Source: Planctomycetota bacterium (GTDB lineage Bacteria > Planctomycetota > UBA8742 > JACQVU01 > JANLHZ01). Taken from it: 64,000 nucleotides of DNA. Each line of letters begins with the position of its first letter. Positions within the stretch are counted from its first letter, which is position 1. Positions 44,796 to 56,048 of the stretch are shown here, piece after piece. A program made the position numbers and the translations under genes. The stretch covers positions 400 to 64,399 of the forward strand of contig JANLHZ010000293.1 in NCBI GenBank assembly GCA_024653775.1. Direction: 5' to 3'. A model generated the notes under the pieces. That model had not been told where the DNA came from, did not search any database, and saw nothing but the letters and a program-made list of their open reading frames with translations.

Positions 44796-46218
44796 GGAAT
44801 TTTCTGGCTCTGATTTTATTTCTCGATTCGTTAAAGGTCGCGAGAAGTTTATCATAGCCTTTCTTTCCCATCTGAGCATAGGTGACGTCCTTGCCGAGTT
44901 CCACGCCGGGCTGGTCGAAAGGATCGACGTCGTAGAGAAGGCAGGCATAAGCTGTAACGTATTCATAAAGGAATATCAGCTCGCCCACCGTACGCGGGTT
45001 AACCTTCGGAATGGATATAGTCAGATTCGGACGATTCGCCGCGGTCAGCGCGTATTCCGTTCCGATACGCTCCGCAGCGAAAAGATCGCTGAACAACCGT
45101 CCGTGGAGGTACGAAAGATCGTCTATATATTCGTGTTCCGCGGGTATAGTCACGGACGACTCATAGTCTTCGACGGAAAACAGAGTTATAGTCTTATTAT
45201 TCGGACCCTCAATGTATAGCTGAACCTGGCTATGCTGATCCGTCACGCCGAGGGCTTTCACCGGAGTCTGTCCGGCATATACTTCCTTCGACCTTGAGAG
45301 GTTCCAGCGTTTGCCCGTGCTTTCGGCCCAAAGCTGACGGAACCAGTCGGCGAAATCCCTCAGACGCTGAGAATATGGCATCATCACGGCAATGTGCTTT
45401 CCGTGGTTTTCTCCCGCAAGATAGTACAGCGACGCGAGAAGCGCGCCGGGATTCTTTTCGAGCGACGATTCCTCACAGGCGGATTTCATCGCGGCGGAAC
45501 CTTCAAGAAGCTCGACGATATCGATTCCCGCGGCGGCGCTGGAGATCAGTCCGACCGGCGAAAGGACGCTGAACCGACCTCCGACACCGCCAGGAACTAT
45601 AAACGTTTCTATTCCTTCGATATCCGCGATTCTTCGAAGGCTTCCTTTTTTTTCGTCGGTGGTCGCAATAATATGGCTTTTCCATCGATCCCCTAGTCGC
45701 TCCTTCAGCCAACTCGTCGCGAAAAGAAGCTGCGACATAGTTTCCGCTGTGCTGCCGCTCTTAGTTATGACGTTGAAAACCGTGCGTTCGGGGTCGAAAA
45801 TATCGAATGCGCCCGCCATCAGGTCCGGATCGACGTTATCGAGCACCTCGACGCGCATTCCTTTACGTTCGGGAGCTTCAAGCCGATTGTGGAACGGGTG
45901 ACATAGCGCGGTCCTGAGACAGGTGTTTCCGAGCGCGGAACCGCCTATGCCGAGAACGACGAAGGTATCGAATTTATCGCGCAGTTCGCCGATTCGGTCC
46001 GATATTAGTTTAGCTTCTTCCGTTTTGTCCGGGAGGTCGAAGAACGTTGTCGGATTGTCCGCCTTCCCCGCACCGCGGAATTCCGACAGCCATTTGTCGA
46101 TCGATGGCTTTCTGGAAGCGATTTGCGCCATTTCGGCATCCGAGATACCGTGTTCATTCCCGACGGCATCCGACATCATTCGCGAGTAGTCGATTTCGAC
46201 ATTAATATTGTGGGACAT
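44785..46218 (-). CDS. pgi: Glucose-6-phosphate isomerase, mirror copy.
   Basis: Identical to 17663..19096. Confidence 0.8.
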   Translation of the reverse strand: MSHNINVEIDYSRMMSDAVGNEHGISDAEMAQIASRKPSIDKWLSEFRGAGKADNPTTFFDLPDKTEEAKLISDRIGELRDKFDTFVVLGIGGSALGNTCLRTALCHPFHNRLEAPERKGMRVEVLDNVDPDLMAGAFDIFDPERTVFNVITKSGSTAETMSQLLFATSWLKERLGDRWKSHIIATTDEKKGSLRRIADIEGIETFIVPGGVGGRFSVLSPVGLISSAAAGIDIVELLEGSAAMKSACEESSLEKNPGALLASLYYLAGENHGKHIAVMMPYSQRLRDFADWFRQLWAESTGKRWNLSRSKEVYAGQTPVKALGVTDQHSQVQLYIEGPNNKTITLFSVEDYESSVTIPAEHEYIDDLSYLHGRLFSDLFAAERIGTEYALTAANRPNLTISIPKVNPRTVGELIFLYEYVTAYACLLYDVDPFDQPGVELGKDVTYAQMGKKGYDKLLATFNESRNKIRARKFRDA

Positions 46219-46318
46219 AAGTTTCCTTGAAAAGGAATGGGCGTGAAACTGGTGAACGCGTGGGTTCCGCCAAGCTACGCGTAAGCTGTCAAAATCATAA
46301 TCCGCGGGCATTTGCGCT

Positions 46319-48574
46319 TCAAGGCAATTCAAAGAGGCTGCCGATCACAGCGTCGATATGAATTTCCCGTTCCTTGCCGGAATCGCCATTTCTCGCGGTT
46401 ATCTGCCACACAGGCATGAACATCAGCACGGAAGAGAGCACTTCCGGCTCGTACTTGCGCTTGAATGCTTTCACCGCTTCCTCAGGAGTTTTCAGACCTT
46501 CGAGCATCTGCGGGCTGAGATCGAGCGCGCCCGGATCGACGATTTTTGTTTTCATCCTGCCGTCGAGGTCGTCAACCTTGAGAAGATTCTCGGTCGCGGT
46601 ATCCTTGAAGTGCCAGCCGGTGGAGTTCAGGAAAAGCGTTTTGAGTTTCCGCGCGTCGAGATAAAGGAAATCGTCGCGCTTCGTTAGCGACTTGAAAATG
46701 AAACCCTCGGTCATTTCTCCCGCGAACCCGATCTGATAAAGCGGAAACTGGATGAGCCTCGCGCGGCTGATAGTCTCGGATTTCATCACGAGGAATTTGG
46801 TATCGAGATGACGTTCCGCGAGTGTCCGCGCCTTCGCCTCGACTACGTTCATCGACGCGGCGAGCACCTGTGAACGCAATCCGAATTCCGGGCGGAGTTT
46901 GACGTCGGTGTGGAAATAAACGTGCGGCCGGGAGCGATCGTAACGCTGAATCACGCCTTCCTCAGCGGCTTTATTGAGCTGCTTTTTCAGATACTGTGCG
47001 CTCGCGCCCGTCAGGTTCGCGAGGGTCTCCGCGCAGAGCGCCTCGCGCTGCGAAAGCAGAATCTCTACAGCTTTCGCAAGAGCGCGATTTTTGTCTTCCG
47101 CTAGCGAAGTCTCTTCGGCTTCTTCGGAATCGACGTCCGAAGAATCGCTTTCCTTCCTGGATTCCACTGCCTCCGCGACTTCGTCGAGCCTTACCTGGCT
47201 GTCTTGCGCCTTTTGCTTCGGGCAAAGAAGCGCGCGAAGTTCATCGGGAACGAGCGATGGAATGCCGTCGCTGTCGATGGTTCGATGATCGCTTGCGAGC
47301 CAGCGGACCTTCAGCTCTATCGGATCCTCGCGAAGATCTGGCGCGAGCAGCACGAACTCGCCCGGACCGAGTCCGGAAAGGCGGTCGACGATTCGTTCCG
47401 CGTCGCTCCCGGAAAGCGATTTCAGGAATCCCTTGACCTTTTCGCGATCCTGATTCGCAACAAGCCGTCCGAGGTTCCAGGTCGAGAACTGCGAAAGCGC
47501 CTTGTAATCGAGGTCTCCGGGGTTCTGCGTAGCGAGGAGGCACGAAACGCCGTATTTGCGGGCCTGCTTGAACAGCGTAACGAGACTTTCCTTGCACGCC
47601 GTTTTGATCACCGGAGGCAGGAACGCGGCGACCTCGTCGATGTAAAGCATCGCCTGAGGCTCCTTCGATGGATTCCGGAGCATCCAGCTATACAGCGCGC
47701 TCGAAAGACGGGACACGAAAAACGCCTTCTCCTCCTTCGATGCGAGCGTGTTCAGATAGATTATCGACAGCCGCGTTTTGCCGTTCGCGGGGCTTTGGTC
47801 GTTCTTCCCGAGCAGAGTTTCGACGGACATAGGCGTCCCGAGTTCGAAAAGCAGCGACTTTCCGCCTATCGTGAGCGTCGCAAGCCTGCGGATGACTTCC
47901 TTTCGTAGTCCGTTTCCAGCAACGCGCTCGACCTCTTCCGCGAGTCCATCCGGAAGGCTATCCAGCAGGTCGATCAAATCGCTGATGTCCCTTGCCGAGG
48001 GCGAGACCTTCATAATGTGCGCGAAGACAACGTCGAACATCGCCGTGACGTAGCCGCCTTCCTTTTTGCGGAGATCGTAGCCGAGAAGGTCGGCGATGGA
48101 CGCGCTGATGGCGCTGATTTCGCGGATTCGCTCCTCATGGGCAAGACCATCGAGTCCGCCCAGCGCGAGTGGATTCAGGCTGAGCGGAATCCCGAGCCTC
48201 GACGCTGGAGTCCAGATGGCGACCTCGACCTTGGCGAAATACTCCTCGGCGAGAGAGGGATCGACGCCTTGTTTCGCTAGTTCCTCCGGAGAACCGCGAA
48301 GCGCGAGGCTGACGATGTCTCCCTGCGGATCGAGCGCGATCACCGGAACGTCCGCGCGGACGCATTCTTCGACGAGCGCCTTGCAGAAAACCGTCTTGCC
48401 GCTTCCGGAGGAGCCGAGGCACATAACGTGGCGGAGAAGCATCGAAGGCGGGAGAACGACGGCTTCACCCGAGGAGTCGGTCCCTACGAAAAGCGGCGCA
48501 GATCTCTCACGGACTTTCCCAGGCGAGTCCTTACCCGCATCCGCGAATTCCGCTGGAACTTCATTTGACATCAT
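46319..48574 (-). CDS. HerA/FtsK-like ATPase, mirror copy.
   Basis: Identical to 15307..17562. Confidence 0.5.
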   Translation of the reverse strand: MMSNEVPAEFADAGKDSPGKVRERSAPLFVGTDSSGEAVVLPPSMLLRHVMCLGSSGSGKTVFCKALVEECVRADVPVIALDPQGDIVSLALRGSPEELAKQGVDPSLAEEYFAKVEVAIWTPASRLGIPLSLNPLALGGLDGLAHEERIREISAISASIADLLGYDLRKKEGGYVTAMFDVVFAHIMKVSPSARDISDLIDLLDSLPDGLAEEVERVAGNGLRKEVIRRLATLTIGGKSLLFELGTPMSVETLLGKNDQSPANGKTRLSIIYLNTLASKEEKAFFVSRLSSALYSWMLRNPSKEPQAMLYIDEVAAFLPPVIKTACKESLVTLFKQARKYGVSCLLATQNPGDLDYKALSQFSTWNLGRLVANQDREKVKGFLKSLSGSDAERIVDRLSGLGPGEFVLLAPDLREDPIELKVRWLASDHRTIDSDGIPSLVPDELRALLCPKQKAQDSQVRLDEVAEAVESRKESDSSDVDSEEAEETSLAEDKNRALAKAVEILLSQREALCAETLANLTGASAQYLKKQLNKAAEEGVIQRYDRSRPHVYFHTDVKLRPEFGLRSQVLAASMNVVEAKARTLAERHLDTKFLVMKSETISRARLIQFPLYQIGFAGEMTEGFIFKSLTKRDDFLYLDARKLKTLFLNSTGWHFKDTATENLLKVDDLDGRMKTKIVDPGALDLSPQMLEGLKTPEEAVKAFKRKYEPEVLSSVLMFMPVWQITARNGDSGKEREIHIDAVIGSLFELP

Positions 48575-48740
48575 AAACTCCGGAAATGAATTTCCGCGCC
48601 GGCGGAAAACCGATTTACAAGTCTTTCGACATATTGAACCACGCATTGGAAGAAAGTAGTTAACAGTCGTGGAATTTTTTCAGATACATGCTTTAATTGT
48701 GAGTCGTTAAATTCCAAGGACTAAAAAAAGACGCGGCTGA

Positions 48741-51700
48741 ATGAAATTCATCTTCCAGACAGCAGAATCAGTGGCAGAGGCCAGAGACTTTTCGATGTTC
48801 TTAGGCAAGTGGGGTGAAATCCTCACGGGCGAGAACGGAGTGTTCTTCGGACTCGGCGTAGGCGTGCTCTGCCTCGTGCTGCTTCTCCTCATCTTCTGGT
48901 TCGCGTACATCCGTATTCCGCGCGAGAGGGTCCTGACGCTCGCAATCACGGGCGGCATCTGCCTTTCGCTCGCGTTCGTCCCTCTCGTGATCATGGGGCA
49001 CAGAATCGTAGCGGCGCTCAACCTCGATTACACCGCGCTTCTCGGACTCGGACTCGGATACGGACTGCTTCCCGTGCTCGGGTACGTTTTCGTCGTGTGC
49101 TACCTCGTGCTGATCTACTCGATCGTCACCCGCTTCGACGAACCCGGATACCGCGGCGCAATCAAGACGCTCCTCGGGCTTGCGATGTTCGCCTCTGGAT
49201 TCTTTCTCGGCATCATGACAGGCTTTCTCGCGTTCTTCAGCCGGGGGGTTCGAAGACTGCTCGAAGGCGACGCGTCCGAAGAAGACGAGGGCGTCAAGTC
49301 CGACCCGAAACTCGGAGGAGTCACCGCGTTCATTCTCGGCTGGATCGTAGTCGCGTTTTCGCTTCCGTTTCTTGGCGTGGCGCTTCTTGCGGGCTACGGC
49401 GGAAACGACCTCGCGGCTAAAATCGCGGACCTCTTCGGACTCGCGAAGGTCGCAAGCAGCGACGTTTCGAGTTTCGAATTCCTTTCGATCCCACCCGCGT
49501 GGGCGACGGTGCTTCTGATCGTTCCCTTCGGAGTGCTCTTCATTCTGGCGTTCTACAAACTCGAGCACGAAAGCGCGAAGAGCCACGGAAGAACCATGCT
49601 CGCGTTCATCCGCGTGATGATCGTCGCGAGCATTCTGTTCCTGATTTTCCAGGCGGTGATCGAAGGCCTCGAAATCCGCAAACTGAAGAGCACAACGATT
49701 GTTCTCGTCGACGCGTCCAGTTCGATGAGCGTCCGCACCGACAAATACGCGGATCAGGACGAACGCGACCTCGAACAAACGCGCGAGATCCTCGAAGGCG
49801 TGCGATACCGGAGACTGCTATTCGAACTCGTCGACCAGACCGGCGAATGGAAGGAGTACCACGAAGCCTTCCGCGCCCAGGACGAGGAGAAGATCGTGGC
49901 GCTCCTCGCGGATGGTCCTCCCTCCACGGACGAGATCGCGATCAGCGCGTTCGAGCAGCGCGAGTCCGAGGTCGCGGAATTTTCGGCTAAGCTCGACATG
50001 CCCGCGGTCGTGACGGCGGGAAAGGATTCGCTTTCAGAGGAAAATCCGGGCGAACTCGATAAAATCCTCGGCGAGAGTTTCAAAATCAGGTACGAAGCGT
50101 CAGAGCGGAGCGAAAATTGGCACAGCGTCGCGCTCGCGGTTCTGAGTCCGGAAAACGAGACGAAAGTCGAGTCGCTACGCGAGAGATTCGCGGCGTTGAA
50201 CGTCAAACTCGGCGATGTCCTTTCGAAAGCGGCTCTCACCCGTCTGCAGACCATCCACCAGAATCTTGTGAATATCAAAGGCTCCGGTATGAGCAGGTTC
50301 GATATAGCATCCGAGCTTCTGATGCCGCACACAGACCGGAACATCGTGCAGAGGTATTCGAGGGAGCTTCTGAAGGCGATCGAGGAGAAGAACGAGCTGA
50401 AGCTGTTCCTCTTCAACCAGCGGTTCGCGGAAGGCGCAGGCGTTCTTACCGAGATCACCGCGGACGGACTCGATTCGGTCTCGCCGCAGGGGAACCAGAC
50501 GCGCATAGGCGATGGAATTTCCGAGGCGGTCAATCGCGTAATGATGGCCGACGCGGAAGCGCGCATCGTGCAGATAATCATTATCTCGGACGGGCAGAAC
50601 ACCGACGGCGCCGACCCGCTCGAAACGTCCGCTATCTATCGCGAAGGCGAACAGAACATTCGCGTCGATACCGTCGGGGTCGGTTCTTCCAAGAGAAAGA
50701 AGGACGTCGAGGTGCTCGAAGTCAGCGGTCCGCGGGAGGTCATCAAGGGAGAGATCGTGCAGCTTTCCGTGGCGATCCGCGCGGAAGGCTTTGGCGAGAA
50801 CACGCCGTCAGAGGTCTATCTCTGCGAAGGCGCGCCAGACGCGGATCACATCACTCCGTTCGAGACGCTAAGCGGCATGGCGGCGAATCAGAATCCCGGC
50901 CGCGGCGTGGACATCCAGCTTCCGGAAGCGGGACGTATAAGCAGGTTCACGCTCCGGTTCGGGACGAACAAGTATTTCCGCCACGCGAACGATCCAGCCG
51001 GAGTGTTCGCCAATCCGCCCGACCTCAAGCCCGGAACGTACACGTTCTACGTGATGGTGAATAAGCGGGCCCTCGAAGGCGAAGAGAAATTCGAGAACAA
51101 CTACAAACCGATAACAATCACGATCAAGGACCGCAAGATCAGGGTTCTCTACATCGACGGACCACCGAGGTACGATTTCAGGTTCCTGAACGAGGCTCTA
51201 AGGCGCGATCCGAACCTCGAATACTACGGCTTCCTGACGAGCGCTAACACGGGCTGGCACCAGCCGATATCGGGCTGGATGTACGAGGATCGCACCGCGA
51301 ACTACATGCCCCTCGAAGAAATTCCCACCGGTGAAGGCAAGGAACTTCCGACCGACCTTTTCTACTACGACGTCATCATTCTGGGCGACGTGCCGCCGAA
51401 TTATCTGACGCCGATGATTCAGGAACTTCTCTGGCGGTACGTGAAGGATAACAACGGCGGACTCATCGTGCAGGCGGGACCGGTCTCGATGCCAGGCTCG
51501 TACTCGTCGAGCGATTCTTACATTCAAAGGCTGCTTCCGGTAGACCTGAGCGAGTCCGGGCCGAACGTATTCGAAGTGAAGGAGCACGTTCCCCAGCATT
51601 ACGTGCTGACTCCCGACGGTGCGAGCCATCCAGCGCTCAGGCTGCTTCCAAATGAACAGCAGAACCTCTACCTCTGGAACGGCGATCCCGAGTATTTCGC

Positions 51701-52547
51701 GCTGCCGCCGTTTTACTGGTTCTACCCGACGACGAAGGTCAAGCAGCTTGCGAGCGTTCTCGTACGACACCGCGAGGCGGAGAGCCGCCGCGGCGCGTTC
51801 CCTCTCGTCTCATATCACTATTACGGAAGCGGACTCGTGTTCTTCATCGCGGTCGAGGGAATCTGGCGGTTCAGGCAGTGGTGGGACGACGATCAGTACT
51901 TCTATCCATTCTGGTCGAACCTGATCCGCTTCGTTTCAAGCGAGAGCCTTTCGAAAAGGCAGGAAGGCTACCAGCTCTACACCGACAAGGAAAACTACTC
52001 ACTGGGAGAGCAGGTGACCATCTACGGCGCGCTCGAAGGCGTCAATCTTAGGCGCGAAATACCGATGCCGAGTTCAAGGCACAGCGACGAAACGATCCTG
52101 CCCGTGCTATATCGCAGGGATCAGGGCGACAACCTCGAGCACAGAATCGAACTCCATCAGACCGACGGAACCGGGACCAACTTTTCCGGAGACTTCTCGC
52201 CGCACCGCGCTGGGACTTACGAAATCTGGATTCCGGGACTCGCGGATTCCGAGGAATCGCCGCACAGGTTCGAGGTGAAAGTTCCAATCCGGGAGTTCCG
52301 GGACACGACGATGAACATCGAGTTGCTTCGAAATGTCGCGTCGCCGCTTGGAGGCAGCGCCCGCGCGTTCCATTTCTTCAGCGCGCTCGACGAAGTGCCG
52401 ATCGCGAGCGAGGTCCGCGAAATCCCGACCAAGAAGCCGCCGCGACCCTGGTGGAAAGACACGAACAACGACGTGATGATTCTCGCGTTCGTCCTGAGCT
52501 TCCTTATCGTCGAGTGGATCGGCAGAAAGCTGCTCGGGCTGATCTAA
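48741..52547 (+). CDS. BatA/VWA-like large membrane protein, mirror copy.
   Basis: Identical 1268-aa translation to 11334..15140. Confidence 0.6.
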   Translation: MKFIFQTAESVAEARDFSMFLGKWGEILTGENGVFFGLGVGVLCLVLLLLIFWFAYIRIPRERVLTLAITGGICLSLAFVPLVIMGHRIVAALNLDYTALLGLGLGYGLLPVLGYVFVVCYLVLIYSIVTRFDEPGYRGAIKTLLGLAMFASGFFLGIMTGFLAFFSRGVRRLLEGDASEEDEGVKSDPKLGGVTAFILGWIVVAFSLPFLGVALLAGYGGNDLAAKIADLFGLAKVASSDVSSFEFLSIPPAWATVLLIVPFGVLFILAFYKLEHESAKSHGRTMLAFIRVMIVASILFLIFQAVIEGLEIRKLKSTTIVLVDASSSMSVRTDKYADQDERDLEQTREILEGVRYRRLLFELVDQTGEWKEYHEAFRAQDEEKIVALLADGPPSTDEIAISAFEQRESEVAEFSAKLDMPAVVTAGKDSLSEENPGELDKILGESFKIRYEASERSENWHSVALAVLSPENETKVESLRERFAALNVKLGDVLSKAALTRLQTIHQNLVNIKGSGMSRFDIASELLMPHTDRNIVQRYSRELLKAIEEKNELKLFLFNQRFAEGAGVLTEITADGLDSVSPQGNQTRIGDGISEAVNRVMMADAEARIVQIIIISDGQNTDGADPLETSAIYREGEQNIRVDTVGVGSSKRKKDVEVLEVSGPREVIKGEIVQLSVAIRAEGFGENTPSEVYLCEGAPDADHITPFETLSGMAANQNPGRGVDIQLPEAGRISRFTLRFGTNKYFRHANDPAGVFANPPDLKPGTYTFYVMVNKRALEGEEKFENNYKPITITIKDRKIRVLYIDGPPRYDFRFLNEALRRDPNLEYYGFLTSANTGWHQPISGWMYEDRTANYMPLEEIPTGEGKELPTDLFYYDVIILGDVPPNYLTPMIQELLWRYVKDNNGGLIVQAGPVSMPGSYSSSDSYIQRLLPVDLSESGPNVFEVKEHVPQHYVLTPDGASHPALRLLPNEQQNLYLWNGDPEYFALPPFYWFYPTTKVKQLASVLVRHREAESRRGAFPLVSYHYYGSGLVFFIAVEGIWRFRQWWDDDQYFYPFWSNLIRFVSSESLSKRQEGYQLYTDKENYSLGEQVTIYGALEGVNLRREIPMPSSRHSDETILPVLYRRDQGDNLEHRIELHQTDGTGTNFSGDFSPHRAGTYEIWIPGLADSEESPHRFEVKVPIREFRDTTMNIELLRNVASPLGGSARAFHFFSALDEVPIASEVREIPTKKPPRPWWKDTNNDVMILAFVLSFLIVEWIGRKLLGLI

Positions 52548-52794
52548 GGCCTCGGAACAAAATAAACTATCGTAGGCACCTGGGACCGCGGACGTCCTCG
52601 TCCGCAAAAGCCGTCAAACGTTTCGTTCGACGGCTCCAAATTATCGATGTCGCTCGCTTGAGATAGTTTCTAAGTGCGAATCTCAGGAGTGCGGCTGTGA
52701 GCGCAACGATCCGTCGCGATTCCAGGAAATCCGGGACGTGATCGTACAAATAATTCGTAGACGGCACGAATAAAATGTACGAAGACGGATCCGA

Positions 52795-53451
52795 CTACAT
52801 CAGCTTACCGCTGCGGACGAGGCTGAGGAACTCTGCGCGAGTGCTTTCTTCGCTGCGGAAACACCCTGTAAGCGCGCTCGTCACGGTGCTTGAAAGATGC
52901 TTCTCGACGCCTCGCATCGCCATGCAAAGGTGCAGCGCTTCTATGACGACGCCGACTCCCTGGGGGCGCAGGGCTTCCTCGATGGCTTTCGCGATCTGCT
53001 GCGTCATCCGCTCCTGAACCTGGAGCCTTCGCGCAAAGACCTCGACTATCCTCGGAATCTTCGAAAGGCCAATGATCTTGCCGTTTGGAATGTACGCGAT
53101 GTGCGCCTTCCCGAAAAACGGAACGAGGTGATGTTCGCACATCGTGAAGAAGTCGATGTCGCGCACGAGAACCATCTCGTCCGTGTCCTCGGTGAATATC
53201 GCATCGCCCACGATGTCCGCAACATTCGCGTTATAGCCCTGAGTGAAATATTCCCACGCTTTTCGAAATCTGTGCGGAGTTTTGACAAGTCCTTCACGGT
53301 CAGGATCTTCGCCGATGTGGACTAAAAGACCGCGAGCGAGTTCCTCTAGCGGTCCCGGGGCATCGTGGCTGCCATTCTCGTCGCCTTCCAAAAAAGTTGG
53401 GCTGTGTTTTAACATATGCGCGACTCTATCAAAATGTGAATGCTCTTGCAC
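52795..53451 (-). CDS. folE: GTP cyclohydrolase I, mirror copy.
   Basis: Identical to 10430..11086. Confidence 0.9.
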   Translation of the reverse strand: MQEHSHFDRVAHMLKHSPTFLEGDENGSHDAPGPLEELARGLLVHIGEDPDREGLVKTPHRFRKAWEYFTQGYNANVADIVGDAIFTEDTDEMVLVRDIDFFTMCEHHLVPFFGKAHIAYIPNGKIIGLSKIPRIVEVFARRLQVQERMTQQIAKAIEEALRPQGVGVVIEALHLCMAMRGVEKHLSSTVTSALTGCFRSEESTRAEFLSLVRSGKLM

Positions 53452-53539
53452 GCAAGTAGATTAGGTAGGATAGTCAGATTACACTCAATAACTACGTTTT
53501 CCCGGATTTTATTCACGGCGTTCATATATTAAGGAGCGA

Positions 53540-54547
53540 ATGATGCAGTACCTGACGAATTCGAAAGTCGCGGTTCTCGGCGCGGCGGGCGCGATCGGAT
53601 CGAACCTCGCACAGATTCTTCTTTGCACCGGAACGACGAGCAACGTCGCGATGTACGATCCCTTCGAAAAGGGACTCGAAGGCGCGGCAGAGGAGATGTT
53701 CCACTGCGGCTTCCCGAACGCAACCGTCACCTTCTCGACGAACGTCAGTGACGTTCTGAAGGACGCGGAATACATCATCTCCTCCGGCGGCGCCCCGCGA
53801 AAAGACGGAATGACCCGCGAAGACCTTCTCGCCGGGAACTGCGAAATCGCCAAAGGCCTCGGCGAAGACATAAAAAAGTACTGCCCGAACGCGAAACTAG
53901 CGATCATAATTTTCAACCCCGCTGATATAACCGGGCTGACGACTCTCGTTTACAGCGGACTCGCGAAGGATCGCGTGCTCACTCTCGCAGCGCTGGATTC
54001 GACGCGGCTCCGCAGGAATCTTTCGAAACATCTCGGGGTCGCCACGGACGAAGTCACCGGCTGCCGCACGTTCGGAGGTCACGGCGAGCAGATGGCCGTC
54101 TTCGGCGGCGGCATCAAGGTAAAAGGCAAGTCGCTGAAAGAGGTCATATCTTCGGGAACGCTTTCGGAAGCCGACTGGAAAAAGATCAAGGACGACACCT
54201 GCCAGGGCGGAAAGGCGATCATCCAACTCCGCGGCAGGTCGAGCTTCCAGAGTCCCGCGCAGTGTTCGGTGGATATGCTCCGCGCGCGGATTTCAGGGAA
54301 CCACCCGTTCGGCTGGCCCGCCGGGACGTACGTCGATCAGGGCGAGTTCAAAAACATTATGATGGCGGTCGATACGACCATCACTCCGGAGGGCGTCAGC
54401 TACAAGATTCCGCAAGGCGACGACGCAGACAACGCGGCGCTGCGCGAAAGCTACCACCACCTCGTAAAACTCCGCGACGAGTGCATAGGCAGCCTGAAGG
54501 TGCTCCCTTCGATTTCGGAGTGGAACAAGTTCAACCCGAATCTATAA
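53540..54547 (+). CDS. mdh: Malate dehydrogenase, mirror copy.
   Basis: Identical to 9334..10341. Confidence 0.65.
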   Translation: MMQYLTNSKVAVLGAAGAIGSNLAQILLCTGTTSNVAMYDPFEKGLEGAAEEMFHCGFPNATVTFSTNVSDVLKDAEYIISSGGAPRKDGMTREDLLAGNCEIAKGLGEDIKKYCPNAKLAIIIFNPADITGLTTLVYSGLAKDRVLTLAALDSTRLRRNLSKHLGVATDEVTGCRTFGGHGEQMAVFGGGIKVKGKSLKEVISSGTLSEADWKKIKDDTCQGGKAIIQLRGRSSFQSPAQCSVDMLRARISGNHPFGWPAGTYVDQGEFKNIMMAVDTTITPEGVSYKIPQGDDADNAALRESYHHLVKLRDECIGSLKVLPSISEWNKFNPNL

Positions 54548-54612
54548 TCCGGGAGTGCAGACGTCCCGTCTGCGCATTCCTGGGACCGCGGACGTCCTCG
54601 TCCGCAGCAAGG

Positions 54613-55953
54613 GTGCACGCCGTGCGCTCCTACATCCAGCGGAAGCGATTGACGAACTTCGAAGCGACAAGAACCCACGCAGCTCGCAGTCTCGCGCGCT
54701 ACTTTCCGGAGCACGAGGCCGATGTGCTGTCCGCGTGTCCGGATGTCGAAGCTACGGAGGGCGAGACGTTCCCGCCGGAGCTTGCCCTGGTCCCGCTTCC
54801 GGAATTCGCGAAAGACGTCGGCGTGGACGGAAAGCTCCTCGTGCCTCTGAAGTTCTGCGCCAAAGGGCGTGAATCGACCGCGGAAGAAGTAGACCTCCTC
54901 CGCGCGGCATTCTGGTTCATCAACTCGACGTGGGAACGGGCGCACGAAAAAATCCACGGGCCGGTGCATTCGTTCGCGCACAGACTGCGCGAGGCGGATT
55001 CGCGGATGTTCGATTACGCCTGGGCGAACCGCATCGGACTTTACCTGCGCAGGAAGATCGCGCGGGACAGACAGACGGACGAAATCGCGCTCTTCGGAGA
55101 GCTTCCCCCCGCGGAAATCATCGTGACGCACGACGTGGACGCGCTTTCGAAAACCTTCGAAGTGCGGTTCAAACAGAGCGCGTTTCACGCCTTCAACGCG
55201 CTACGGCTGATGCTCGGGATGTCGCCGCTGAAATCCACCTTGCGGATGGCGAAAGCGCTTTCGTTCTTCTTCTCTCGCGCCGACTATTTCAGGCTAGGCG
55301 AGGTCGCCGCACTCGAGGAGGAGCGCGGCGTCCGAAGTCATTTCAACTTCTACGGCGGGCCGCCCGGATTCCGTCGCACGATGAAGAACATGATCCTCGA
55401 CCCCGCCTACGACGTCAGCGCCGAGCGAATTTCGTCCAAGATCAGGGAACTGCGCGAACTGGGCTGGACCATCGGCCTGCACCAGAGCTATGACGCGTTC
55501 GCGGACGCGGAGCTGATGCGCGCGCAGAAGTCGAAGATCGAAAATGCCGCTGGAATCGAAATCAAGTCCTGCCGTCAGCATTGGCTGCGGTTCAGTTTCG
55601 AAAACACCTGGCGCGCGCAGCAGGACGCCGGGTTCGAACTCGATACGACCCTCGGCTTCAACGACCGCCCGGGATTCCGAAGCGGATGCGCGCTCCGCTA
55701 TAATCCCGTTTGTGAATCCACCGGCGAAAAGTTGCGAATCGAGGCGATCCCGATGGTTCTGATGGATTCCCAGATTTACGATTACAGCTTAAGCGCGAGC
55801 GCCAGCCTCGAAACGGCGATCTCCCGCTGGCTGGACGAAATCAAAAATGTGCGGGGCGTCGCGACGGTTATCTGGCACCAGCGGGTCCTGTCTCCCGACT
55901 ACGGCTGGAAACCCGGATTCATCGAGCTTCTGAAACAGATTCGTGGTCTATAG
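54613..55953 (+). CDS. CE4-like polysaccharide deacetylase family protein, mirror copy.
   Basis: Mirror of 7928..9268. GTG start at 54613 after the 28-nt repeat/hairpins. Confidence 0.45.
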   Translation: MHAVRSYIQRKRLTNFEATRTHAARSLARYFPEHEADVLSACPDVEATEGETFPPELALVPLPEFAKDVGVDGKLLVPLKFCAKGRESTAEEVDLLRAAFWFINSTWERAHEKIHGPVHSFAHRLREADSRMFDYAWANRIGLYLRRKIARDRQTDEIALFGELPPAEIIVTHDVDALSKTFEVRFKQSAFHAFNALRLMLGMSPLKSTLRMAKALSFFFSRADYFRLGEVAALEEERGVRSHFNFYGGPPGFRRTMKNMILDPAYDVSAERISSKIRELRELGWTIGLHQSYDAFADAELMRAQKSKIENAAGIEIKSCRQHWLRFSFENTWRAQQDAGFELDTTLGFNDRPGFRSGCALRYNPVCESTGEKLRIEAIPMVLMDSQIYDYSLSASASLETAISRWLDEIKNVRGVATVIWHQRVLSPDYGWKPGFIELLKQIRGL

Positions 55954-56048
55954 GGGAAATCCGTTCGTAGTGTGCTCGTGAGAGCATATTTTCCAGATCG
56001 TAGCGAGCGGATTAAAGAATCGCCTTACAAGCCACTACGAAAGCGTAC